Source: a virus
Lineage: Duplodnaviria > Caudoviricetes
Virus record (IMG/VR): IMGVR_UViG_3300025610_000127
Span: 1 to 25,371 of that record
Length of the DNA stretch: 25,371 nucleotides
Direction: 5' to 3' (one strand)
Under the pieces are notes generated by a model. The model saw nothing but the letters and a program-made list of their open reading frames with translations. It had not been told where the DNA came from and searched no databases. A program made the translations under genes and the position numbers. Shown here piece after piece: positions 1 through 8,194 of the stretch (the first letter of the stretch is position 1; the number at the start of each line of letters is the position of its first letter).

Positions 1-2
1 CT

Positions 3-1166
3 GGTGGTCAAACTGTTGCTGGTTTTGACCCTGTTCTGATCTCCCTGATCAGACGTTCTATGCCTAACCTGGTCGCTTATGACCTCGCTGGCGTTCAACC
101 AATGAATGGTCCTACTGGACTCATCTTCGCAATGCGTTCGAAGTACACTCAACAGTCTGGTTCTGAGGCGCTGTTCGACGAAGCAGATACCAGATTCTCT
201 GGTGCTCGTGACGTTAACTTCACCACTGCTGGTATTGGTACTACCGAATCCGTTGCTGGACAAGATAACCCTGCAGTTCTGAATGCATCCGGAACTTATA
301 ACACTGGTGCTGGAATGGCAACCGGTGATTCGGAAGATCTCGGACGTGGTAACGGCAGAGATTTCAACGAAATGGCATTCTCGATCGAGAAAGTCACCGT
401 TACTGCACAATCCAGAGCACTCAAAGCTGAGTACTCCTTAGAACTGGCACAAGACCTCAAGGCAATCCATGGTCTGAATGCTGAAGCAGAACTCGCAAAC
501 ATTCTCTCCACAGAGATTCTTGCTGAGATCAACCGTGAAGTCATCAGAACCATCTACAAGGCTGCTGAAGCTGGTGCTCAGGACAACGTTGCTTCTGCTG
601 GTACTTTCGACCTCGACGTTGACTCTAACGGTCGCTGGAGTGTTGAGAAGTTCAAGGGTCTGATTTTCCAAATCGAGCGCGATGCCAACGCAATCGCACA
701 AAGAACTCGTAGAGGAAAGGGCAACATGATTCTGTGTTCTGCAGATGTTGCTTCCGCACTCACCATGGCAGGCGTACTCGATTACACCCCTGCACTCAAC
801 GCTAACCTGAACGTTGATGACACCGGTAACACCTTCGCAGGTATTCTTGCTGGTAAGTATCGTGTTTATATCGATCCTTATTCTGCTAATACCGGCGCTT
901 CAGGTTCGGGTGCTCAGTACTATGTTGCTGGTTATAAGGGTTCTTCACCTTATGACGCAGGTCTGTTCTATTGCCCATACGTTCCTCTTCAGATGGTTCG
1001 TGCAGTTGGCGAGAACACCTTCCAGCCTAAGATCGGCTTCAAGACTCGTTACGGAATCGTTGCTAACCCATTTGCTAACGATGGTGCTACTAACAGCCCA
1101 ACCCATGCTGTTACCGCTAACCGTAACCGCTACTACAGAAGAGTTCGTGTTCAGAACCTCATGTGA
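3..1166 (+). CDS. gp23: Major capsid protein gp23 (T4-like), 5' end lies outside the window
   Basis: The frame is open from position 3 (GGQTVAGFDPVLISLIRRSMPNL...), so ATG 60 is internal. Hallmark motifs: GVQPMNGPTGLIFAMR, SRALKAEYSLELAQDLKAIHGL, EILAEINRE, YDAGLFYCPYVPL, FQPKIGFKTRYG. Confidence 0.98.
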   Translation, partial: GGQTVAGFDPVLISLIRRSMPNLVAYDLAGVQPMNGPTGLIFAMRSKYTQQSGSEALFDEADTRFSGARDVNFTTAGIGTTESVAGQDNPAVLNASGTYNTGAGMATGDSEDLGRGNGRDFNEMAFSIEKVTVTAQSRALKAEYSLELAQDLKAIHGLNAEAELANILSTEILAEINREVIRTIYKAAEAGAQDNVASAGTFDLDVDSNGRWSVEKFKGLIFQIERDANAIAQRTRRGKGNMILCSADVASALTMAGVLDYTPALNANLNVDDTGNTFAGILAGKYRVYIDPYSANTGASGSGAQYYVAGYKGSSPYDAGLFYCPYVPLQMVRAVGENTFQPKIGFKTRYGIVANPFANDGATNSPTHAVTANRNRYYRRVRVQNLM

Positions 1167-1186
1167 TCCATTTTCACATGGTTTTC

Positions 1187-1214
1187 AGAGGGGTCTTCGG
1201 ACCCCTCTTTTTTT
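1187..1214 (+). terminator. Intrinsic terminator after gp23
   Basis: AGAGGGGTC-TTCG-GACCCCTCT forms a 9-bp stem with a C(UUCG)G tetraloop, followed by a T tract. Confidence 0.93.
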
Positions 1215-1216
1215 AT

Positions 1217-1223
1217 CTAAATA
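1217..1223 (+). promoter_or_regulatory. Putative gp55-dependent late promoter (CTAAATA) for gp3-uvsY
   Basis: TAAATA core of the T4 late consensus TATAAATA, directly after the terminator and 12 nt before the gp3 ATG. Confidence 0.65.
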
Positions 1224-1235
1224 CAAATAAAAACA

Positions 1236-1784
1236 ATGGCATCTGCTTTTGACAATCAGATAGGGAATAGGAATTTTTTATCGCCAATTGGTTTTAAATT
1301 TACTTTGGCAAAAGAACCGAAAGTTTCTTTTTTCTGTAATTCAGCAAGAATACCAGATATTAGTTTAGGTACGACACTGCAACCTTCATATTTAAAGAAC
1401 ATTGATGTTCCAGGAGACAAATTACAATATGGGGATTTTTCGCTTAGATTTTTAGTTGATGAAAATCTTGAAAATTATATGAAAATCCACAACTGGTTAA
1501 CTGGATTAGGATCTCCAGAATCTTTACAACAATATAAAGATTTAATATCCACCGAAGATGATGACAAAGATGAAAATAATCAATTCTCCGATGGTAGTCT
1601 TCATATATTGAATAGTAATTTTAGAAATGTTGCTGTTGTAAAATTTAAAGATTTATTTCCAGTGTTTCTCACATCTTTAGATTTTGAGGCAAATGAAAAT
1701 GATGTAAACTACTTTACAGCAGAGGTGACTTTCAAGTATACTATCTACAATATACTATCTTCTGATGGAAGAACTCCCTTATGA
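1236..1784 (+). CDS. gp3: Tail tube terminator / tail completion protein gp3
   Basis: NRNFLSPIGFKF, IPDISLG, VPGDKLQYGDFSLRFLVDENLENY..IHNWL, FKDLFP..L..LDF, YFTAEVTFKY; canonical position after gp23 in cyanomyoviruses. Confidence 0.88.
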   Translation: MASAFDNQIGNRNFLSPIGFKFTLAKEPKVSFFCNSARIPDISLGTTLQPSYLKNIDVPGDKLQYGDFSLRFLVDENLENYMKIHNWLTGLGSPESLQQYKDLISTEDDDKDENNQFSDGSLHILNSNFRNVAVVKFKDLFPVFLTSLDFEANENDVNYFTAEVTFKYTIYNILSSDGRTPL

Positions 1785-2209
1785 ATCTTGAAAAAATTCA
1801 GGAGATGTGGGAAAAAGATTCCCACATAGATCCAGATAATCTACATGATGAATCACTAAAAATTCCACAATTACATTCAAAGTATTATACTGTCTATAAT
1901 ACAATTACTTTGTTAAGAGAAAGAGCAAGAGAGACTTATAATAAAATAAAATTAGAAAGGCATAATTACTACACAGGAAAAGCACCAGCAGAAGTTTATG
2001 CTGAAGAACCATTCCCATACAAAATTAGAGAAAAGGATGCATTACAGAGGTATCTAGAGGCAGATAGTAAGTTAAATACTATTGATATGAAAATTAGATA
2101 TTATGATGTCGAACTAAAGTTTCTTGAGGAAATCATTAAAACAATTTCAAATAGAACTTATCAAATTAAAAATGCCATTGAATGGCAAAAGTTCCAAGCA
2201 GGATTCTAA
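1781..2209 (+). CDS. uvsY: Recombination mediator UvsY
   Basis: WEKDSHIDPDNLHDESLKIPQLHSKY, YYTGKA, RTYQIKNAIEWQKFQAG; 142 aa; synteny between gp3 and uvsW. Confidence 0.93.
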   Translation: MNLEKIQEMWEKDSHIDPDNLHDESLKIPQLHSKYYTVYNTITLLRERARETYNKIKLERHNYYTGKAPAEVYAEEPFPYKIREKDALQRYLEADSKLNTIDMKIRYYDVELKFLEEIIKTISNRTYQIKNAIEWQKFQAGF

Positions 2210-2433
2210 TGAACAACGAAGAATGGAATTATGAAAACGAAGATTTTGACGAAGATCTTCCATTCGTAGAACTTCAGTTCGGTCCTGAAGACCTCTATCA
2301 CCTTTATGAGTCTGTAAAATTTAGATACGAAAAATGGCCAGGTGGTCATCCAGATGAACAAGAAAGACTTGCGTATCTAAAAGATTTTTTGTATAGGATT
2401 GTTTTAGAATGGAAGTTTCAAATGATGGAATAA
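2209..2433 (+). CDS. Hypothetical protein (74 aa, WPGGxPxEQ motif)
   Basis: ATG 2209 overlaps the uvsY stop (TAATG), so it is preferred over 2182. Acidic N-terminus followed by KWPGGHPDEQERLAYLK. Confidence 0.75.
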   Translation: MNNEEWNYENEDFDEDLPFVELQFGPEDLYHLYESVKFRYEKWPGGHPDEQERLAYLKDFLYRIVLEWKFQMME

Positions 2434-2436
2434 ATA
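2430..2436 (+). promoter_or_regulatory. Putative late promoter (ATAAATA) for uvsW
   Basis: ATAAATA 23 nt upstream of the uvsW ATG, at a gene junction. Confidence 0.65.
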
Positions 2437-2459
2437 TCTATAGGTGATTCCTATGAGTT

Positions 2460-3923
2460 ATGTCTCATTTGATTATTTCAAAAAAGAACGAAGTGTATCT
2501 TCAGGTAAAGGCAGATCCACATGTCTACTATGAATTAGCAGACCAATTTACCTTTGAAGTGCCGGGTGCAAAATTTATGCCCCAGTATCGAAGTAGACAC
2601 TGGGACGGAAAAATTCGTCTATTTAATACTCAGACTGGAGAGATATATGTCGGGTTGTTAGATAAAGTTATACAGTTTTGCAAAGACCACGAATACACCT
2701 ATGAGTTTGTAGAAAACAAGTTTTATGGTCTTCCTTTTGAGGTCAATGAGATGATCTCAAAGGAAGGTGTGAAAGATTATATGACTGCCATATCTAGGTA
2801 TTCTCCTAGAGATTATCAAGTAGAGGGAGTACACGACGCCCTAAAACATAATAGAAGGTTGTTGATATCCCCAACTGCCTCTGGAAAGTCTCTGATGATA
2901 TATTCTGTTGTGAGATATCACGTTGAGAAGCAACGAAATATTCTGATAGTCGTTCCGACGACTTCCCTAGTAGAACAGATGTATAAAGACTTTGAAGACT
3001 ATGGTTGGGACGTAGGTTCATTTTGCCACAAGATTTATGCGGGACGGGAAAGAGAAACCGATTCTCAGGTGATTATCACCACCTGGCAGTCCATCTACAA
3101 ACTCCCCCGCAAATACTTTTCAAGATTTAATGTGGTCGTTGGAGATGAAGCACACCAATTTAAATCGAAGTCATTAATATCTATAATGACAAAACTTGCC
3201 GATGCAAAGTATCGTTACGGATTTACTGGTACGTTAGACGGTACACAAACACACAAATGGGTCTTAGAAGGTCTCTTTGGACCATCATATAAAATTATTC
3301 GTACTGCAGAATTAATGTCTAAAGGTCATGTTGCCAAATTAGATATTAATGTGCTTCTATTGAAACACCCTGCACACAAATTTGAAACTTTTGAGGACGA
3401 AGTTCAATATATTATCAATCATGATAGAAGAAATAAATTCATTCGAAATCTAGCTCTCGATTTAAAAGGAAATACTTTAATTCTTTTTGCAAGAGTTGAG
3501 GGGCATGGTCAACCACTCTACGATTTAATAAATAACGGTAGTGTAGAAAATCGACACGTATTTTTTGTCCATGGTGGAGTGGATACAGAAAATAGAGAAC
3601 TGGTGAGGGAGATTACTGAAAAGGAAGATAACGCAATTATTGTTGCTTCATATGGAACATTCAGTACTGGTATCAATATTAAGAATTTGCATAATGTTAT
3701 TTTTGCTTCTCCTTCTAAATCCAGAATACGTAACCTCCAATCAATTGGAAGAGTTCTTAGAAAAGGAAACAACAAAACAAAAGCAACTCTATATGATATC
3801 GCTGACGATATATCCTACAAATCCAGGAAAAATTATACCCTTAACCATTTAATAGAGAGAATCAAAGTATATAACGAGGAAAATTTTAATTACGATATAG
3901 TAAACATACCGCTTAAAAACTAA
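2460..3923 (+). CDS. uvsW: SF2 DNA/RNA-DNA helicase UvsW
   Basis: WDGKIRLF, Q motif PRDYQ, Walker A SPTASGKS, VPTTSLVEQM, DEAH, GFTGT, ASYGTFSTGINI, QSIGRVLR. Confidence 0.97.
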   Translation: MSHLIISKKNEVYLQVKADPHVYYELADQFTFEVPGAKFMPQYRSRHWDGKIRLFNTQTGEIYVGLLDKVIQFCKDHEYTYEFVENKFYGLPFEVNEMISKEGVKDYMTAISRYSPRDYQVEGVHDALKHNRRLLISPTASGKSLMIYSVVRYHVEKQRNILIVVPTTSLVEQMYKDFEDYGWDVGSFCHKIYAGRERETDSQVIITTWQSIYKLPRKYFSRFNVVVGDEAHQFKSKSLISIMTKLADAKYRYGFTGTLDGTQTHKWVLEGLFGPSYKIIRTAELMSKGHVAKLDINVLLLKHPAHKFETFEDEVQYIINHDRRNKFIRNLALDLKGNTLILFARVEGHGQPLYDLINNGSVENRHVFFVHGGVDTENRELVREITEKEDNAIIVASYGTFSTGINIKNLHNVIFASPSKSRIRNLQSIGRVLRKGNNKTKATLYDIADDISYKSRKNYTLNHLIERIKVYNEENFNYDIVNIPLKN

Positions 3924-4378
3924 TGGGAGAAGAATTTTATTGTGTTATTAAACTAGTTTCCGGGGAAGAAGTCTTCTCTCTTGTAGCAAAAGATGAAAAT
4001 GATGGAGACCCAGTATTAGTTTTACAAACACCAATAGTAATGAAAATGGTTAACAGTCCTTCTGGATTTTTTATAAAAATCCGACCATGGGTTGAAACAG
4101 TAAACGATGATTTCTTTATTGTAAAACCTGATAAAATTATTACTATGACTGAAGTTAAAGATGAAAATTTAATTAACTTGTATACAAGTTACTTAGAGAA
4201 TAATGATGATGAGGAAATTGTAAATGATTTAAATGATTACAATCCAAGAAAAAAGGGGAGAAGTTCTGGGAAAGTAAAACCATCAGAAAAGATGGGATAT
4301 ATATCTTCCGTAAAAGAAGCAAGAAAGAAACTAGAAGAAATATTTAAGTTAGAAGTAGAAGACTCTAAAGAAAGCTAA
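3923..4378 (+). CDS. Conserved T4-like hypothetical protein, probable Sm-like fold with acidic/basic tail
   Basis: IKLVSGEEV...LVLQTP...IRPW...FIVKPDKIITM beta-rich pattern; translationally coupled to uvsW (TAATG); usual slot between uvsW and gp55. Confidence 0.75.
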   Translation: MGEEFYCVIKLVSGEEVFSLVAKDENDGDPVLVLQTPIVMKMVNSPSGFFIKIRPWVETVNDDFFIVKPDKIITMTEVKDENLINLYTSYLENNDDEEIVNDLNDYNPRKKGRSSGKVKPSEKMGYISSVKEARKKLEEIFKLEVEDSKES

Positions 4379-4405
4379 AGACTCATCTTCAAACCTAACA
4401 AAGGT

Positions 4406-4434
4406 ATTCTACTCATGATTCACTATATTGTCAA
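4406..4434 (-). promoter_or_regulatory. Antisense sigma70-type promoter pointing into the uvsW operon
   Basis: The minus strand reads TTGACA-atatagtgaatcatgag (17 bp)-TAGAAT. Confidence 0.6.
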
Positions 4435-4455
4435 GCCCTAAAAGTATGGTATAAT
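4428..4455 (+). promoter_or_regulatory. Sigma70-type promoter for the gp55-gp47-gp46 operon
   Basis: TTGTCA (4428-4433), 16 bp spacer, TATAAT (4450-4455) with an extended TGn. Confidence 0.75.
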
Positions 4456-4488
4456 ATTAATAATTTATATTATAAAGAGTAATGAATT

Positions 4489-5013
4489 ATGCCCAAAAAG
4501 AAATCAGAACATTATGTAAACAATAAAGAGTTGTTAGAGGCAATGATCAACTACCGTGCCAGGGTAGAAACATCATATATGAAGACTTTCAATAAAGACC
4601 TCACTGAATTACCAAAACAAGAAAGAGGAAAACAGTGGGAAGGTAAACCTCCTATTCCCAATTATCTTGGCGAATGTTTTTTAAAGATTGCAACACACCT
4701 CTCCTACAAACCAAACTTTGTTAACTACATGTTCCGTGAGGATATGATTTCTGACGGCATTGAAAATTGTGTTCAATATATTCATAACTTTGACCCGGAG
4801 AAATCAAAGAATCCTTTTGCATACTTTACTCAAATTATTCACTATGCCTTCCTTCGCAGAATTGGTAAGGAGAAAAAGCAACTAGAAATCAAAACCAAAA
4901 TTATTGAAAAGACTGGTTTTGATGAAGTTATGATGGTTGATGATAGCTTGCTTTCTGGGCACAGTTCGGACTATAATACTATTAAGGACAATATCCAATA
5001 TCGAAATCGATGA
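4489..5013 (+). CDS. gp55: Late transcription sigma factor gp55
   Basis: HYVNNKEL, YLGECFLKIATHLSYKPNFVNYMFREDMISDGIENC, NFDPEKSKNPFAYFTQI. Confidence 0.96.
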   Translation: MPKKKSEHYVNNKELLEAMINYRARVETSYMKTFNKDLTELPKQERGKQWEGKPPIPNYLGECFLKIATHLSYKPNFVNYMFREDMISDGIENCVQYIHNFDPEKSKNPFAYFTQIIHYAFLRRIGKEKKQLEIKTKIIEKTGFDEVMMVDDSLLSGHSSDYNTIKDNIQYRNR

Positions 5014-6044
5014 AGGTTGCAATCATCACAGACACTCACTATGGTGCTAGAAAGGGTTCTAAGTATCTTCATGACTACTTTGAACTCTTCTATCAGAATG
5101 TCTTTTTTCCTGCCCTAAAAGAGCACGGTGTTGAGGCAGTCATTCACATGGGTGATGCATTTGATAGTCGTAAGTCAATTGATTACCAAAGTCTTGAGTG
5201 GTCCAAGAGAGTTGTCTTTGACAATCTCAAAGATTACGATGTGCATATGATTATTGGTAATCATGATACATATTACAAGAATACAAACGAAGTAAATTCA
5301 CCAGAACTTCTTCTTCAAACTTATTCAAATATCAATACTTATAGTCAACCTACAGAAGTTAAAGTTGGTGGATTGGATATTCTATTTTTACCATGGATTA
5401 ATCAAGGAAATGAAGAAGCATCTTATCAACTCATTAAAAAGACAACTAGCAAGGTCGCGATGGGGCACCTTGAACTCCAAGGATTTAGAGTTAATCGACA
5501 AATCATCATGGAGCATGGTTTGGCGAGCAAATTATTTGAGAAGTTCAAATATGTCTTCTCCGGTCACTATCACACTCGATCGAATGATGGACGGGTATTT
5601 TACCTTGGAAACCCCTACGAAATGTACTGGACGGATGTCAACGATACTAGAGGATTCCATATATTTGATACGGAAAACCTTACTCTGACTCCAATTAATA
5701 ACCCTTATAAATTATTTCATAACATCTATTACGAAGATACCAACTACAAGTTGTTTAATGCTTCACAATATGAAAATAAAATTGTAAAAGTTATTGTCCG
5801 TAAAAAGACTAATCCAAAAGACTTTGAAAAGTTTATTGATAAACTTCATTCTGTTGGGATTCAAGAACTTAAGATTGTTGAAAATTTTGATATTCATGAA
5901 TCTGAAGAGTTTGAAGTTGATGAGGAAGAAAATACCCTTTCAATTTTAAATCGATATATTGATGAGTCTGAGTTTGAATTTGATGGTAATATAATTAAAG
6001 GTATCTTTCAAGATCTGTATAGGCAAGCTTGCGAAGTAGAGTAA
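5010..6044 (+). CDS. gp47: Recombination nuclease subunit gp47 (Mre11/SbcD-like)
   Basis: Metallophosphoesterase motifs TDTHYG, HMGDAFD, GNHD, MGHLE, SGHYH, YLGNPYE. Confidence 0.96.
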   Translation: MKVAIITDTHYGARKGSKYLHDYFELFYQNVFFPALKEHGVEAVIHMGDAFDSRKSIDYQSLEWSKRVVFDNLKDYDVHMIIGNHDTYYKNTNEVNSPELLLQTYSNINTYSQPTEVKVGGLDILFLPWINQGNEEASYQLIKKTTSKVAMGHLELQGFRVNRQIIMEHGLASKLFEKFKYVFSGHYHTRSNDGRVFYLGNPYEMYWTDVNDTRGFHIFDTENLTLTPINNPYKLFHNIYYEDTNYKLFNASQYENKIVKVIVRKKTNPKDFEKFIDKLHSVGIQELKIVENFDIHESEEFEVDEEENTLSILNRYIDESEFEFDGNIIKGIFQDLYRQACEVE

Positions 6045-6320
6045 ATGTTTCTTCTCACCCTTAAAGATAATAAAGATGATGGTGCTTATGCTGTTCAAGA
6101 TCGATATGGGCACAAAGTTCTATTTCTGTTTGAGGAAGAGGATGATGCCGAAAGATATGCTATGATGCTTGAGGATAATGAAGAAGCAAGTATGGATATC
6201 GTTGAAGTTGACGATGAACTTGCTATAAAAACCTGTAAACTGCATGATTATAAGTATGCAGTTATAACTCCAGATGACATTGTAATTCCCCCCAAAAATG
6301 ATAACTTTCAAGAAGATTAG
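6045..6320 (+). CDS. Hypothetical protein, DUF3110-like
   Basis: VLFLFEEEDDAERYAMMLE resembles the cyanobacterial DUF3110 signature (from memory); usual slot between gp47 and gp46. Confidence 0.75.
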   Translation: MFLLTLKDNKDDGAYAVQDRYGHKVLFLFEEEDDAERYAMMLEDNEEASMDIVEVDDELAIKTCKLHDYKYAVITPDDIVIPPKNDNFQED

Positions 6321-8010
6321 ATATAAAAATTTTCTCTCTACTGGAAACCACTTTACTGAAATTGACTTTCAGCAACATCACACAAATCTAATCATCGGAA
6401 CAAACGGTGCTGGTAAATCTACCATGCTGGATGCACTTACCTTTGGTTTGTTTAATAAACCTTTTCGTAAAATCAATAAACCACAGTTGGTAAACACTAC
6501 CAATGAAAGAGACTGTGTAGTTGAAATTGAATTTTCTGTCAATAGTAGGGATTATTTGGTGCGTCGTGGAATTAAACCAAATGTTTTTGATATTGAGGTA
6601 AACGGTGTTCCCTTGCATAAGGAAGCAGATGACCGTTCTAATCAGCGCATTTTGGAAGAAAATATTCTCAAGGTAAACTATAAGTCTTTTACTCAAATTG
6701 TGATTTTGGGTAGTAGCACCTTTGTGCCTTTTATGCAATTGACGACATCAAATCGTCGTGAAGTAATTGAAGATCTTCTTGATATTCGTATCTTTTCTGC
6801 AATGAATGGTCTTATCAAGGATCAAATTCGTGTTCGTAGAGATCAAGTCAAATCTTTGGAGTTGAAGAAAGATACTCTCAAAGATAAGATGAAGATGCAA
6901 CAAAATTTTATTGAAGAACTTGAGGATCGTGGTCATGCCAATATCGATTCCAATCAAGCAAAGATTGATAAACTTTTGGATGAAGAAAACTCATATATGT
7001 TGAGTAATGACGATTTGAATTATCGAATGGAGACTCTCCAAGAGCAGTTGGAAGGAGTCACTGGTGCTGGTGATAAGTTAGTAAAGCTTAATAATCTTAA
7101 AGGTAAAATCTCTCAGAAAGTATCTGCGATTACGAAAGAACATAAGTTTTTTACTGAAAATACGGTATGCCCCACCTGCACACAGGAGATTGAAGAAGAG
7201 TTTCGTGTAAATAGAATTAGTGATGCTCAAAATAAGGCAAAGGAACTTAAAGATGGTTATGCAGAACTTGAGAAAACAATTAAGTCTGAACAAGAAAGAG
7301 AGCGTCAGTTTATTGCACTATCTCAGGAGATTACAAAGCTAACACATGGCATTTCTCAAAACAATACTCGGATTAACCTCAACCAGAGACAAATCAGAGA
7401 TCTTGAACATGAAATTCAAACTATTACCAGTAACTTACAAAACAGAAATACTGAACATGAGAAACTAGAAGAGTTTCGAGAAAATCTCCAAAAGACAATA
7501 GAAGACCTCTCAGACAAAAAACAAGAAATCGTTCATTACGATTTTGCCTATTCCTTACTCAAGGACGATGGCGTAAAAACGAAGATCATTAAGAAATATC
7601 TTCCGTTCATTAATCAGCAAGTAAATCGTTATCTTCAAATGATGGATTTCTACATCAATTTTAAACTTGATGGGGAATTCAATGAAACTGTTGAATCACC
7701 AATTCATGAACACTTCTCATACTCTTCTTTTAGTGAAGGTGAGAAAATGAGAATTGACCTTGCACTCCTCTTTACTTGGAGAGAAGTTGCACGACTCAAG
7801 AATTCGGTGAATACTAATTTGCTGATTATGGATGAAGTATTTGATTCATCACTTGATGGATTTGGAACAGAAGAATTTCTTAAGATCATTCGGTATGTGA
7901 TTAAAGATGCTAACATCTTTGTCATTTCTCATAAGACTGATCTGCATGACAAATTTGAAAGTGTCCTAAAGTTTGATAAAGTAAAAGGTTTTTCAACTAT
8001 GGTGTCTTGA
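6298..8010 (+). CDS. gp46: Recombination ATPase subunit gp46 (Rad50/SbcC-like)
   Basis: YKNFLSTG, Walker A GTNGAGKS, coiled coils with zinc hook CPTC, signature FSEGEK, Walker B/D-loop LIMDEVFDSSLD, VISH. Confidence 0.97.
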   Translation: MITFKKIRYKNFLSTGNHFTEIDFQQHHTNLIIGTNGAGKSTMLDALTFGLFNKPFRKINKPQLVNTTNERDCVVEIEFSVNSRDYLVRRGIKPNVFDIEVNGVPLHKEADDRSNQRILEENILKVNYKSFTQIVILGSSTFVPFMQLTTSNRREVIEDLLDIRIFSAMNGLIKDQIRVRRDQVKSLELKKDTLKDKMKMQQNFIEELEDRGHANIDSNQAKIDKLLDEENSYMLSNDDLNYRMETLQEQLEGVTGAGDKLVKLNNLKGKISQKVSAITKEHKFFTENTVCPTCTQEIEEEFRVNRISDAQNKAKELKDGYAELEKTIKSEQERERQFIALSQEITKLTHGISQNNTRINLNQRQIRDLEHEIQTITSNLQNRNTEHEKLEEFRENLQKTIEDLSDKKQEIVHYDFAYSLLKDDGVKTKIIKKYLPFINQQVNRYLQMMDFYINFKLDGEFNETVESPIHEHFSYSSFSEGEKMRIDLALLFTWREVARLKNSVNTNLLIMDEVFDSSLDGFGTEEFLKIIRYVIKDANIFVISHKTDLHDKFESVLKFDKVKGFSTMVS

Positions 8011-8024
8011 TACACCCAAGAACA

Positions 8025-8171
8025 ATGCAAGTCCCCAACTGGAAACACAATTCTGGTAAAGAACAGAAACGAAAACTGAAACCACAAGCAATGCGAGCAC
8101 GGCGAGAAGCACTACGCCAGTTCAAAAAGCGTCACATGACCCCGCCTGAACAGCGGGGTTCTTTTGTATAA
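8025..8171 (+). CDS. Small basic hypothetical protein (48 aa), below the ORF-track cutoff
   Basis: Translated by hand: MQVPNWKHNSGKEQKRKLKPQAMRARREALRQFKKRHMTPPEQRGSFV*. It fills the gap after gp46. Confidence 0.65.
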   Translation: MQVPNWKHNSGKEQKRKLKPQAMRARREALRQFKKRHMTPPEQRGSFV

Positions 8172-8172
8172 T
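8113..8172 (+). promoter_or_regulatory. Putative early promoter: upstream imperfect palindrome plus TATAAT
   Basis: CGCCAGTT-caaa-AAGCGTCAC ends 31 nt before TATAAT (8167-8172); no good -35; A-rich leader to ATG 8195. Confidence 0.6.
8138..8165 (+). terminator. Terminator-like hairpin
   Basis: GACCCCGC-ctgaaca-GCGGGGTT followed by CTTTT. Confidence 0.6.
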
Positions 8173-8194
8173 ACTTCCATACGAAACAAATCAG

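Noticed and set aside
814-1230. 138-aa alternate-frame + ORF over the gp23 3' end
   Set aside because: Out-of-frame shadow of gp23 that runs through the terminator; no RBS or motif.
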